64,000 nt of DNA from Cetorhinus maximus. Taxonomy: Eukaryota. Every line of letters begins with the position of its first letter. Positions within the stretch are counted from its first letter, which is position 1. A program made the translations under genes and the position numbers. The notes below the pieces were generated by a model. That model made no database searches. It was not told where the DNA came from and was given only the letters and a program-made list of their open reading frames with translations. The stretch lies in contig NC_135895.1 in NCBI RefSeq assembly GCF_964194155.1, positions 94,054,001-94,118,000 of the forward strand. Direction: 5' to 3'. Shown here in pieces: positions 39,113-51,860 of this stretch.

Positions 39113-39811
39113 GGGCTTGATTTAACGCTTGGCATGCAGGCGCGCGGCTGAAACGCACGAGAGTGAAATAGCGCGCGATGACGTCGGGCGAATGTCCCAA
39201 CGCCATTGCGCACTCGCGTGGTATTTCGGTCAGCGGGCACCACTGGAATTGGCAGCGCGCCCGCCGAACATTAAGAGGGCTGTTAAGCCCATTAATAAAT
39301 TAATTGAAGTGAATTTTTCCCTGCCCGTTAAATCTTACGGGTGGCGGGCGGCCCAAAGGCCAAGAGGCCTTTGGGTTTTTGAGGAAACCTCATCCATGGG
39401 CAGGACGAGGTCTCCGATGTTAATTAAAAATAAGATAAAAATTTTTAAATCTCATTTTTAACATGTCCCTGCTCATGCGGCAGACTCACATATGGGGGCA
39501 TGTTTACCTTAATTTTAAAATCTTTATTTATAATGTTAGAGGTCTTCAGCTCCCCGAGACAGCTCCATGCCTTCAGGAAGCTTTCACTGAGCGTACCCGC
39601 ATGCACGCGTCGATTTCTGTGCTTGGCCTCCTCCCCACCCCCCTCACCCAGGCAGCACTGAGCGTTTCAGCGCGTTATTCATGCTGGCTGCCCGTTAATT
39701 GGCCAGCCAGTGTGAAATCGCGGTCGGGGACCCAATTGCAGGTGGTGGGCAGTTTTGTGCTTCTCCCGGCCCCACCCACTGTACCGGCCCGACGAGGTAA
39801 AAATCCTGCCC
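39113..39811 (-). mobile_element. Harbinger-type MITE family A, reverse orientation
   Basis: TIRs gggcttgattt / aaaatcctgccc; flanks ACG / ATG; reverse complement of the 15369 and 34031 copies. Confidence 0.8.
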
Positions 39812-41072
39812 ATGTTGATTCCAAGAATCTATGATTGGTAAACTTAAAGAGTTATAACCTGTTCGGCATCTTTACCATGTACTGCTTGCTGTCTCTTCAT
39901 CAGGTAGTCACAGTCTATAGCTGCAGTATGTAACTCTTACTTTATGCTCTTCTGTTCCTATCCTGAGCTGTTGATGAGTGTTATTCAGCAAAAATAGACT
40001 TCTTATTATTTACACACCCCTGTGCACCCCCCCAACCCAACGCATACACACACACACACACTATTCGTTGTGCTTCTAGCCTGCGTTTGCACTAGTACCT
40101 GTATTATAATGCATTATCATGCTGAATTTTCTAGCTGCTTAACAGAGGTAAATGTTCATGAAATTTAGCTCCAATGATATCAAAATGGAAATGGTAGACC
40201 TTGGAGAAGCAAACATACAAAACTAGTGTTGCCTCCATTCATGTGGCCTTTAAAATACAACCTACTTACTCTGCAAAATCATCCATCTTGGTGACTATGA
40301 GATTATGATGACTAGTAAGTCATAACATCCACATATAATGGAGTGATCTGCCATTATCATGTGGCTCGTTATTATTTATGTACCTGACCTTTGACTGTTC
40401 TAATCTTATCTTGTCTCCTTCCCTGCTGTCTGACTATCCAACATTTGCTGGCATCAGTTAACTCAGCTATCTGTCTTTACTATGATTTGTTCTATAATTC
40501 AGAAACAACAGACATTGTGTAATCTTCTAAAATGATAAATATCATGATGAGGGGCAATTACCAACAGAAGAAAATTGTTAGCAGATGGGATTGACAAAAA
40601 TATGTCGTAGTTTGGGAATGATCAACTGCTGTAACTGACTTGGAGTAACAGATATTAAACCCTGATCCACCTAGGATTAGTTAACAAATGCAATGCTCTG
40701 GTCTTTTATTACCTCTGCCACCACTGGATGGATTTCAATGAGACTTGACACACAGATAGGAAGAGCTGATTAGTTTTTGTTGAAGATGTGGATCTTGATC
40801 CTGAAATTTTTTAAAAGATCTGTTAACATTGGGAGACAGGGTAAATTTACTTTTACTTAAAGAATGCTGTGGATCTTCTCAGAATGTGAGCAGAGTTTTC
40901 AGAGCAGGTTGTCAGATAGGGATTGGCCCGAAGCCTACTCATTGGGCTGGAATCTCTTTAGAGAAAATATTTATTTTTTCAGTGTTGTAGTTACAGAGCA
41001 TCAGCCAGGTAGGGGAAAGCCTAAAGGAAGGGTAATCATAATAATTTGAGTATTGATGAATAAAGAGACATG

Positions 41073-41108
41073 CTGATGAAGCTTTTCATCTTGCGCTCAT
41101 CAGGACAG
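41073..41108 (-). ncRNA. Minimal type I hammerhead ribozyme motif (partly degenerate)
   Basis: Minus strand ctgtc-CTGATGA-gcgcaagat-GAAA-agct-TC-atcag. Confidence 0.65.
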
Positions 41109-41532
41109 AATCAAACAATACCAAGTTTCAGAGGGAACAACAGATTGATACTGCATGAGAAAAAAGTGCAGATTATTTGGCAACTAGATTCTGACTGGTT
41201 GAGGTGTTGCCATGCAGAATACACCAGGGAACTGTTGTCCACCAAGCTTTTGTTTAGCTCAAAAAAAAACTCAATGCTTGGACATGTTCTTTTTGTTTGC
41301 AGAGGACAAGGCCCTGCGTATGAATATATGTAGCTTCTGGTAAGTTTAAAAGTGCCACATTGTGAGCCCAACTAATAATCTTGAGTTTAAATAAATGCTT
41401 GACAGACAACTGTTCCCTGGTGCATTCTCCATGGCAATGCCTCAACCAGAGTCCACTTACCAACCAATCAGCACAATTTTCTCAGGCAGTATAAATTTGT
41501 TGGTCCCTTTGAAATTTGGTATCCTTGAGATT

Positions 41533-41568
41533 CTATCCTGATGAGTGCAAGATAAAAAGCTTTGACAG
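41533..41568 (+). ncRNA. Minimal type I hammerhead ribozyme motif (CpG-decayed)
   Basis: ctatc-CTGATGA-gtgcaagat-aAAA-agct-Tt-gacag. Confidence 0.55.
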
Positions 41569-41699
41569 CATGTCTCTTTTTTCAGACATACTCAGTTGTG
41601 ATAAGTTAACAAAGCATGGCAGAAATATGTGCTCCACAGAGTTCCCTCATCACCTGTTAAAGCTGTGACTGTCGCCATGCACCTTTTCCTGTTCTACAT

Positions 41700-43807
41700 A
41701 TAGGAGTTTAACACTATTATTCACATTTGTAGTGCCTGTTTCTTTGGTGTTACGAGTGCTGTTTTGTCTCCAAAATGGTGTCAACAGCAGACGCGCACAT
41801 TCCTTGTGCTAAACATCCTGGATGCCATTTTGGTCAGGTCATTATCAAGTACAAGGATAATCCACACGAAACTGGCAGAATAAGCAGATCTTGTCATCAA
41901 TCAGCGTAATGCCTTTTGACATCAGCCATCCCATTTTGGATCTCAATGCTCTAGTTAACTCCTTCTCTTGGCCTCACTTGGCTGAACACATATTAAGCAG
42001 CAGGAGGATTCCCCAACAGTGCTATTTAAAGGAATCATCAACTACTCTCAGGTTAGTTGCTCCACTGGCTCCTGCTGCAATTTGGAAGTGTTTGGTAGTT
42101 TCCAAAGCAGCCCGAGCTTGTGTGGCAGCAAACTGAGCTTGAATGACATCAATCTGAGCCTCCGCTGCAGCTCTCAGAGGTCGGGCGGCTTCTGCTTGCA
42201 CTACAATAGAAGCCGAGACGTCGGCCATCAGTCGCTGCACTACGGTTGGGTCAGCAAGTGTGCTCATGGATTTGGCCACCACTTCAATACTGAAAAAGAT
42301 GGACACTAATCTCTGCGAAAGCCCCATGTCAGTTTGGTGCCAGACATCTCCATGCTCATTGACAATGACTGGAGGCTTTCTGGCAGACCCGCTAATGCAC
42401 CAAATATTTCATTGTGCATACTCAGCACCCCTCTTCGGTAGCCTGCGCCATCAAACTGCTCATTTGAGATCTCTGCAGCAGAACTCCTATGTGACCTCAT
42501 ATAGTGGCAAGTTGGCACTGGTGATACCCTTGTCCCCTGCCCTGGCTGCAGCTCATTTGTGCCTAGTATCGCACCACATGCAGATCCTGCCCCTAGACTA
42601 TCCTCCAAAGTATGTACTGTGTCAGTATCTGAACTGGTAGTTGTAAGTGTGAGAGTAAGTGACAAGTGTTTTCTCTTCATAACTGTCTTCCTGTTCTTCC
42701 TATTTCATCACTGCCTGGTCAGGCTACAGTTCTTTGATAGCTGAAAGGACAAATGTACAAGGGTAGGCACATGCTCAGGGTTGGGGGAGAAAGCAAGAGG
42801 TGCACCATCTGCAGCCTATAAATCGGAAGAGATTATGGGAAGAGGAGGGATGGGATGTGAGATGGAGGATTAGGTAACAGCTCACCAACCATCTTTGATG
42901 GTTTCAGATTCCCCACTGAGCACGGCCTCAGTTGTGGCTACTCAATGATAGTGAGTATTGTCTCCACTTTGGGGGTGAGGACACGCAGCCATGCCTGCCC
43001 CCACCAATTAGGTACCTCAGATTGTGTGCCAACTTGTCCTGCGAGTAGGAATTGTCTCAGTGTGTGGAGCAATGTAGATGGTTGGACTGTCATGGTTGAA
43101 TAGCTGACTGTGGGAAAATTGTGAAATGTTAAAGTGAGGTTTTTGTAACAGTGCTGAATGTGTGAGGGTGAGGTAAAGCAATGAATATTAGATATGAGTC
43201 ATGATTGATAAAGAATGCTGGTAGGTGAATGATGAAGGTGTGGTGTATTGAGTAATGCCTGAGGTTAATGGTACAGCAGGTAGGATATTTGACGATGTGT
43301 TCACTGACCTCGACCACTCGTGTGTGGTCACTGAACCTCTTGCAGCACTGCATCCAAGGGTCTTAACTCCTGGCATTAACCACCTCATCTATCTGGTTCC
43401 ACTGTCTTCTCAAAGCTTGTCGGGAGGATCTCTGGGTCCCCTGTGGATAGATGACATCTCTCCTGCCGTCCACCTCCTGCACCAAGAGCTCCAGTGCAAT
43501 GTCAGAAAGTATTGAAGCCTTTCCTCTACCATGTGCAATTCTTGCACCATTCCCAAGTTAAAATCACTTTCAGAGTGACTTCCACCACCTGTTGCATCCA
43601 CAACGCCGCTCCCCTTTTAAGAACTGCAGGCTAGATTATAGTGAGAGTTACCTTGAACTCGTGCTAACCTCTCACGAGTTTATTCTTCCTGAGCTGAGGC
43701 ACGCAGCATGTTTGTGCGCTGACTGTATCAGAAGCATCTACAGGCACACATTAATCGCACATGGCAATTTCCAAATCTGTTTTCGGAAGTTATTGAATTT
43801 TGTGCCC
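41700..43807. mobile_element. Harbinger relic lacking the transposase but retaining the Myb/SANT partner gene (minus strand)
   Basis: Minus 43520-43290 gives FSDIALELLVQEVDGRRDV..QWNQIDEVVNA..MQCCKRFSDHTRVVE (Myb/SANT); 42022-42680 gives the coiled-coil-like C-terminus; right TIR-like gaattttgtgccc. Confidence 0.7.
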
Positions 43808-44060
43808 AAGGAAACTTCCTTTTTTAAAGGCATTTTTCTGGATCTGTTCATTGTGAAAATATTCAAATTTTCACAACATGTATTCCATTTCAGCAATGCA
43901 GAGACTGATGTTTATAAACTGGATCCTTGCACAAATATACATGTCTGTTTTGTAATTAAAACATATGCCGTCATGTTTGCAAAGCACATTAAAAATGGAA
44001 TTTTAACTCCCACTAGTTAATTATTTCCACATGCTGCCACTGGTCACACTTATAAGATTA

Positions 44061-44150
44061 CTGGGACAGATACAATATGGGCCATCCTGGGACAGGTATG
44101 GTACAGTCCCAACATGGAACAGGTATACTACTGGCCAACATGGGACAGGC
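44061..44150. repeat. Short tandem repeat (~27-bp unit x3-4)
   Basis: Recurrent tgggacaggta..cca.ca. Confidence 0.6.
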
Positions 44151-45211
44151 TATCATCAGTGCTGGAGCATTGAAAATACTACATTTTAAATTCTGAGATG
44201 ATTGACTTTTCATTTAAATATTTCAGATGAATATAAAGAGATACCTTATATAGAAATAGTTATCCCTCATTGATACAGCATGGCACACATTATTAGAATG
44301 TGGGTCTGCACTCATGAATCTCCAGACAGTAGATTTTTAATCATCACCTCATTGGGAGAGATATGTAGAGGCAAGGCACTTTTTAATTCACCCACCTTCA
44401 TGTGACTAGTTGAAGTGTGATTTTGAGTATTGAGAGTGTGAAAGAGAGAGAGACGGAAAGCACAACTGGAGATGGAACAGTAGCACCCCCATTTAGTGAG
44501 AGAATGTTGTGAAGCACAGTTCTCCATTCTGTGAGTGGGAAGAGAGAAGGAAAATAACATGTTAACTTTATGATATAACTAAGCTTCAGACTACATATAT
44601 TGTCACCACTTCAGCAAGAGTGCAATTTTGATGGGTTATTCATAATAACTAAATTACTAAAAGCCTGTCAGTAACAATAAAGATAACTATAGTAAAGTTT
44701 GTTTTTCAAGGGATGTGAACTGTTTACGCTTTCAAACAGCTATGTCAATAAAAAAAATGCCAAAACGGACTGAACACATTTTAATTCTTTTCTCTTTTAT
44801 TTCCTGCTTCTCCACAAACCCAAAGATTTCAGTTTCATCAAACAAGCTATTGGGAGATTGGAGCTCCACATTAACAAAGTTGAGATCATTTTTATATCAA
44901 ATGGACACAGGCAATGCTTTATGCATTAATTTGTACAAAATCATTCAAATTGACATATGCATCTTGTCAGAGTCCATTACCCTCAAACATAAATGAATGC
45001 ACAAAGCATCCAAGAATGCAGAACAATAATACACAAATTTTGACAGGATTTGGAGGTCTTGACATCTTTATATTTCAATCCAATTTAAACTCAAATGAAT
45101 TGTAGGTCTTAATTTTGAATGAGCCCTATCTTTTCAAACAAACCCATTTCTGAAATCTTGACATTGCCACCTTTTTCAAAACCTTTGCAAGTTGTGAAAT
45201 GAAGCTGTAGA

Positions 45212-45732
45212 CTTTTTTTATATTCATTTATGAGATGAGGACATTGCTGACAAGGCTAGCATTTATTGTCCATCCCAAAATACCCTTACGAAGGTTGTGG
45301 TAAGTTATCTAGGCCATTTCAGAGGACAGTTAAGAGAAGCCCGTTGCCGTGGGTGTGGAGCAACGTACCCTCTAATTATTTTTTTAAGTTTTGTGCGGAT
45401 GATTTGTTTAAATTGACAAACCCATTAATTTTTTTTGCAGGGCCACTTAAAGGGGCTAACTTGTGCATAGGGGGTTGCTGTGCAGCTGGTCTAGAGTCAC
45501 ATATAGCCCAGAATAATAAGGGCAACAGAGTTTCCTAAAGGACTTTAATGAATCAAATCAACTTTTATATCATTCCACTAGTTTCATGGTCACCATTACT
45601 GATGGGAATTTTTTCTTAAATTTCCAGATTTAATTGAACTTAAATTCCCAGCTGGGATTTGAATACAGGTCTCCATCTCATGAGCCTCAGGGCTGCTAGT
45701 CAGATAACATAACCACTGTGTTACCATACCCT
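45212..45732 (-). mobile_element. tRNA-derived SINE family B with a ~125-bp internal insertion (45361-45487, possibly hAT-type)
   Basis: Same layout as 56182; the insert starts caacgtaccctcta and has flanks gtgtggag / gtctagag. Confidence 0.6.
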
Positions 45733-46479
45733 ACATTGCTGTAGTAATACTAAGTACATGGTGGAACAGCTTTGCTATTTCAGCAATTTCAAATTTTACA
45801 TTGGATAATATTACAATAGGAAGAAATTAAGTGATTAACTTTTTTGTTGTTAAAGAGATGCTACAAACAAATTGTTCTCCAGCCTCAGGCTAAATAAAAC
45901 AATTAAAGCTCTACTGGCTAATTACCCATTGTTTCCTTAAACCTACAAATTAAATTAAAATAATTTAGTGCATAATTATTTGTTTTTGCCTCCTTTATGC
46001 TCTGTTTTCCTGCTCAGTGCCCACATGCAGGCATGTCCTTTCTTTTATATACATGCTTTAAATTTGCTCTTTAAGAATGTCAGGCCTTTGGATTAATTGC
46101 CAGATTTTAAACACCTATTAACTGGATGCGAGGTGGAACAACCACCGTGCCTTTCCCCTTTGACTGTTTACTGGCTTCAGTAATGAACCTTGCATGCAAA
46201 CCCACGTCTCAAGGCATCAAAAGCTTAAAGGTTAGAGGGGGTTATCAAGCCTCCTGGGCATTAATTTAAATTTCAACCAACATTTCACATAATCTAGTCC
46301 GGTGATTCAATACAGCATTGAGACATTACTGCATTGTTGGTGGAGATGGCATTGCTGCGAAACAAAGAGAACAAAGAACAAAGAAAAGTACAGCACAGGA
46401 ACAGGCCCTTCGGCCCTCCAAGCCTGCGCCGATCATATTGCCTGTCAAACTAAAACATTTTGCACTTCGAGGGTCCATA

Positions 46480-49300
46480 TCCCTCTATTCCCATTCTAGT
46501 CATGTATTTGTCAAGTTGCCTCTTAAACACCACTATTGTACCTGCTTCCACCACCTCCTCTGGCAGTGAATTCCAGACACTCACTACCCTCTGCGTAAAA
46601 AAACTTGCCCCGCACATCTCCTCTAAAGTTTTCTCCTCTCACCTTAAATCTATGTTCCCTAGTAATTGACTTTTCCACCCTGGGAAAAAGCTTCTGACTA
46701 TCTACTCTGTCTATGCCACTCATAATTTTGTAAACTTCTATCAAGTCGCCCCTCAATCTCTGTCACTCTAGTGAGAACAATCTGAGTTTCTCCAACCTCT
46801 CCTCATGGCTAATAACCTCCAGACCAGGCAGCATCCTGGTAAACCTCCTCTGCACCCTCTCCAATGCCTCCATATCCTTCTGGTAATGTGGTGACCATAA
46901 TTGCATGCAATATTCCAAGTGTGGCCTAACCAAGATTCTATACAGCTGCAGCATGACTTCCCAGCTTTTATACTCAATACCCCTGTCTATGAAGGCAATC
47001 ATGCCATATGCCTTCCTGACTACCTTATCCACCTGTGTTGCCACTTTCAGTGACCTGTGGATCTGTACACCTAGATCCCTCTGCTCGTCGATGCACTTAA
47101 GGGTTCTGCCATTTACTATATAAGTCCTGCCTGTGTTAGACCTTCCAAAATGCATTACCTCACATTTGTCTGGATTAAACTCCATCTGCTACTTCTCCGC
47201 CCAAGTCTCCAACCGATCTATATCCCGTTATATCCTTTGACAATCCTCTTCACTATCTGTAACTCCTCCAACCTTAGTGTCAGTCTGCAAACTTACTAAT
47301 TAGCCGAGTTACATTTTCCTCCAAATCATTTACGTATTCAATAAACAGCAAAGGTCCCAGCACTGATCCCTGCGGAACTCCACTAGTCACAGCTCTCCAT
47401 TCAGAAAAACACCCTTCGACTACTACCCTCTGTCTTCTGTGACCAAGCCAATTCTGTATCCATCTTGCCAGCTCACCTCTGATCCTGTGCGACTTTACCT
47501 TCTGTACCAGTCTGCCATGAGGGATCTTGTCAAAGGCCTTACTGAAATCCATGAAGATAACATCCACTGGCCTTCCCATCGTCAATCATCTTTGTCACTT
47601 CCTCAAAAAACTCGATCAAGTTAGTGAGACACGAACTCACCTTTACAAAACCATGCTGCCTCTCACTAATACGCCCATTTGCTTCCAAATGGTAGTAAAT
47701 CCTGTCACGAAGAATCTTCTCCAATAATTTCCCTACCATTGACGTAAGGTTCACCGTCCTGTAATTTCCTGGATTATCCCTACTACCCTTCTTAAACAAT
47801 GGAACAACATTGGCCACTCTCCAGCACTCTGAGATCTCACCTGTAGCCAGTGAGGATACAAAGATTTCTGTCAAGGCCCCAGCAATCTCCTCCCTTGCCT
47901 CCCTCAGTACTCTGGGGTGGATCCCATCTGGCCCTGGGGACTTATCCACCTTAATATTCTTCAAGACACCTAACACTTTCTCTTTTTTGTTCTCAACATG
48001 ATCCAGGCTATCTACACACTCTTCCCTAGACAAAACGACAGCTAAGTCCTTCTCTTTGGTGAATACTGATGAGAAGTACTCATTTAGTATCTCTCCCATT
48101 TTTATGGCTCCACACAGATTCCCACCTCTGTCCCTGAGTGGGCCTATCCTTTCCCTGGCTACCCTCTTGCTTTTTACATATGTATAAAAGGCCTTGGGAT
48201 TTTCCTTAATCCTGGTTGCCAATGACTTTTCATGACCCCTTTTAGCCCTCCTGACTCCTTGCTTAAGTTTCTTCCTACTTTCTTGATATTCTCCACAGGC
48301 TTCATCTGTTCCCAGCCTTCTAGCCCTTACGAATGCTTCCCTTTTCTTTTTGACTAATCTCACAATATCCTTTGTTAACCAAGGTTCCTGAAACTTGCCA
48401 TACTTATCCTTCATCCTAGCAGGAACATGCCGGTCCTGAATTCTTATCAACTGACGTTTGAAAGCCCCCCACATGTCAGTTGTTGATTTGCCCTCAAACA
48501 TCCGCCTCCAGTCTAGATTCCTCAGTTCCTGCCTAATACTGTTATAATTAGCCTTCCCCCAATTAAGCACCTTAACCCGAGGACTCCTGTTATCCATATC
48601 CACCAGTACCTTGAAACTTACTGAATTATGGTTACTTTTCCCGAAATGCTCCCCTACTGAAACTTTGACCACCTGGCCGGGTTAATTCCCTAATACCAGG
48701 TCCAGTATTGCCCCTTCCCTAGTTGGACTATCTACATATTGTCTCAGGAAGCCCTCCTGGATGCACCTTACAAATTCTGCACCATCCAAACCCCTAGCAC
48801 TAAGTGATTCCCATTCAATATAGGAAAAGTTAAAATCACCCACCACAACAACCCTAATGCTTTTACATCTTTCCAAAATCTGCCTACATAGCTGTTCCTC
48901 AATCTCCCGCCAGCAATTGGGAGGCCTATAGTAAACCCCCAACATTGTGACTGCACCCTTCCTATTCCGGAGCTCTACCCATATTGCCTCGCTGCATGAG
49001 CCCTCCGAGGTGTCCTCCTGTTGTATAGCTGTGATATTCTCCTTAACCAGCTGTGCAACTTCCCCACCTCTTCTACATCCCTCTCTATCCTGCCTGAAAC
49101 ATCTAAATCCTGGACCGTTTATCTGCCAATCCTGTCCATCCTTCAACCAAGTCTCTGTAATAGCAATAACATCATAGTCCCAAGTATTAATCCAAGCTCT
49201 AAGCTCATCTGTCTCGCACTGAAACAAATGCATTTCAGACCCCCAGTCCCACTGTGTTCAGTAATTTCTCCCTGCCTGCTCTTCCTCTTAGTCCTACTGG
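46480..49300 (-). pseudogene. CR1 ORF2 (APE endonuclease + RT), frameshifted
   Basis: [81 protein letters not shown]. Confidence 0.9.
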
Positions 49301-50276
49301 CCATATTCACTAGTTCCCAGTCATTTATTTCACCTGCTGACCTATTGCTCTGATTCCCACCCCCCTGCCATACTAGTTTAAACCCTCCCAAGTGACACTA
49401 GCAAACCTTGCAGCCAGGATATTGGTGCCCCTCCAGTTTAGATGCAACCCGTCCTTCTTGTACAGGTCCCACCTGCCCCGGAAGAAATCCCAATGATCCA
49501 GATGCTGGAAACCCTCCTCCTACACCATCTGTTCAGCCACGTGTTTAGCTGCACTATCTTCCTATTTCTAGCCTCACTGGCATGTGGCACAGGGAGTAAT
49601 CCTGAGATTACAACCCTAGATGTCCTGTGTTTTAACTTTCTGCCTAACTCCCTGAACTCCCGCTGCAGGACCTCGTCACTCTTCCTGCCTCTGTCGTTAG
49701 TACCAATGTGTACCACGACCTCTGGCTGTTCTCCGTTCTCCCTCCCCCTTCAGAATGTCCCATACCCGATCAGAGACATCCTGGACCCTGGCACCAGGGA
49801 GGCAACATACCATCCTGGTGTCTCTTTCATGACCACAGAAGCGCCTATCTGAGCCCCTGACTATAGAGTCCCCTATGACAATTGCTCTTCTGAACTTTGA
49901 CCCCCCCCTGCTGAACAACAGAGACAGCCGCGGTGCCACTGCTCTGGCTGCTGCTGTTGTTTTCCCCTGATAGGCCATCCCCCCCAACAGTATCCAAAAC
50001 AAGAGGGGGACAGCCACCGGGGATTTCTGCACTGACTGCCTGCCCCTTCTAGCGGTCACCCATCTATCTGTCTGTACCTTGGGTGTGACCACGTCTGTAA
50101 AACTCCTGTCTATGAATGCTCCTAAGTGCATCCAATTGCTGCTCCAACCGATCCATGCGGTCTGTGAGGAGCTGCAATTGGGTACACTTCCTGCAGATGT
50201 AGTTGTCCGGGACGCTTGAAGCGTCATAGACTTCCCACATCCCACAGGTGAAGCACTTCACCCCAGCAACTGCCAT
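49300..50276 (-). pseudogene. CR1 ORF1 (N-terminal Cys4 zinc finger/leucine zipper + SGNH/GDSL esterase), frameshifted
   Basis: CFTCGMW..YICRKCTQLQLLTDRMDRLEQQL; IVIGDSIVRG, CLPGARV, VHIGTND, VVISGLLP. Confidence 0.85.
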
Positions 50277-50574
50277 TTCTAGAACTATTTAATAAATTAA
50301 TTTAAATCTAATAACTGCTTATTGACTCCTTATTAACTATACGTTCCCTAGATAAAGGACTAGATTTCTACTATAAATGCTAAATTCTAAGGACAGGAAT
50401 CCCCTGCTTCTGGTCTAAATACCCTCTACTTATTAATTAAGTGATTCATTTATTTGGTTTAATTAGTTTAAAATGTTTTAGTTTCAAATTCAGTGTAGAT
50501 TCCCTACCAGCCAATCAGGTCACAGATTTACCGTGACACCACTTATAATTTTTTTTTTTACATTTAACTGAGCT

Positions 50575-50860
50575 CCTGTCTGCTAACTCAGGTTGATGTA
50601 AAATATCCCATTTCTTCCTGAAACAAGCCCACATAGCACTCTTGGTGCTCCAGTCAAAATTCTTCCCTCAGCCTATACCCCGTTTACAGATTATCTGGCT
50701 GTTCATGCATTTGCTGTTTGTGGGGTTTTCTTGTGCACAAGTTGGATTCTGCTTTTGCTTAAATAGTAACAATAGCTGGAGTCCAAATGTAATCTATTGC
50801 CTTAAAGCGCATTAGGAGGCCTTAATAATGTAAGGTGGCAAAATAAACGCAAGCTCTTTC
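50575..50860 (+). mobile_element. SacSINE1/DeuSINE-like fragment
   Basis: caggttgatgtaaaatatccca..cagattatctgg..ttgctgtttgtggg..cttgtgcacaagttgg. Confidence 0.55.
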
Positions 50861-50936
50861 TTTCTTATTGCAAATTGGCCATTTTTTTTTTTAAACAGGA
50901 TTAAGTGAAAAAACGCATATCATTCTCAGAGACATA

Positions 50937-50980
50937 GGCTGGCATTTTCCATCCCAGCCTTGGCCTGGAAAATCCCAGCC
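50937..50980. mobile_element. 44-bp micro-MITE (Harbinger-type)
   Basis: TIRs ggctggcattttcca / tggaaaatcccagcc (14/15), 14-bp spacer, TSD ATA on both sides. Confidence 0.7.
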
Positions 50981-51554
50981 ATATTATTTCATTCATCTAA
51001 TTTTAATTCATATAGCAATGAAATTAAGTTTGAAATCTATGTGGCTCAAACTGAGTTTGGTTCATGCATGAAATCACGCAGTTTAAATTAAGTTCCAACA
51101 TTTTTCAGAATCAAGTTTTCAAATACAACATTGTTTAGTTTGCGAATATATTCAGACTCATAAGTTCACTTTTGAACCTATAATATAATTGAAGAGAGAG
51201 GAGCTGCGTTCTGCCCTAACAGTTCTGCAATGTGATGCCTCATTCTACTGAGTTCCTAATCGCTGATGTAGTATGGGGGAACACTACCATCTCAGTAGGG
51301 AATAGGCACCATTCCATACATGTAAGTGAGGGGGAAAGAACTCAGAAGTTGCTATCTCTAGACCCCATCAGCCTGCTTTCTAGTAAGGGACAGAATAATA
51401 AGACTCATACACATAACTAAATGAATATTGATGAAGCGGCAACAACTTAATGCATTAAAACATCCTACGGTATTCCACAGGAGTTTAATCAGACAAAATT
51501 TGACACTGACTCAAGGTAATTTGATCTGAAATGTATTAATGTAGAGAAAAAAGA

Positions 51555-51860
51555 AAGAACTTGCAGTTATACAACAACTTTCACAATTTCAGGACATTTC
51601 AAAGCACTCCAATGAACTGCTTTTGAAACATAATCACTATTGTCATGTTGCAACCATGGCAGCTAATTTGCAAACAGCAAGATCCCACAAACAGCAATGA
51701 AATAAATGGCGAGATCATTTGTTTTTAGGCGTTGGTCACAAGATAAATGTTGGCTGGGATATTGTGGGAACTCATTTTCTCCGAGTAGTGCAGCAGATGA
51801 TTTACGTCCACCAGATGATTTACTGCCCTGTACCTCAAAGACAGCATCTCCAACATTGTA
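51555..51860 (-). mobile_element. SacSINE1/DeuSINE-like fragment
   Basis: aagaacttgca..ctttcacaatttcaggacatt..aatttgcaaacagcaagatcccacaaacagcaatg. Confidence 0.6.

Larger units (their letters stand above)
41047..41594 (-). mobile_element. 5'-truncated Penelope-like element: GIY-YIG C-terminus flanked by inverted pseudo-LTRs
   Basis: Arms 41047-41263 and 41381-41594 are reverse complements; the spacer encodes KIISWAHNVALLNLPEATYIHTQGLVLCKQKEHVQALSFF* (PLE endonuclease tail); pLTR contains CCAAT, TATA and a hammerhead motif. Confidence 0.85.
46362..50545 (-). mobile_element. Near full-length CR1 LINE (5' UTR, ORF1, ORF2, tail)
   Basis: (GTTCTTT)n tail at 46362-46385; ORF2 APE+RT and ORF1 zinc-finger+esterase fragments in order; AT-rich 5' UTR. 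Confidence 0.92.

Noticed and set aside
40026-40041. (CA)n microsatellite
   Set aside because: Short and ordinary.
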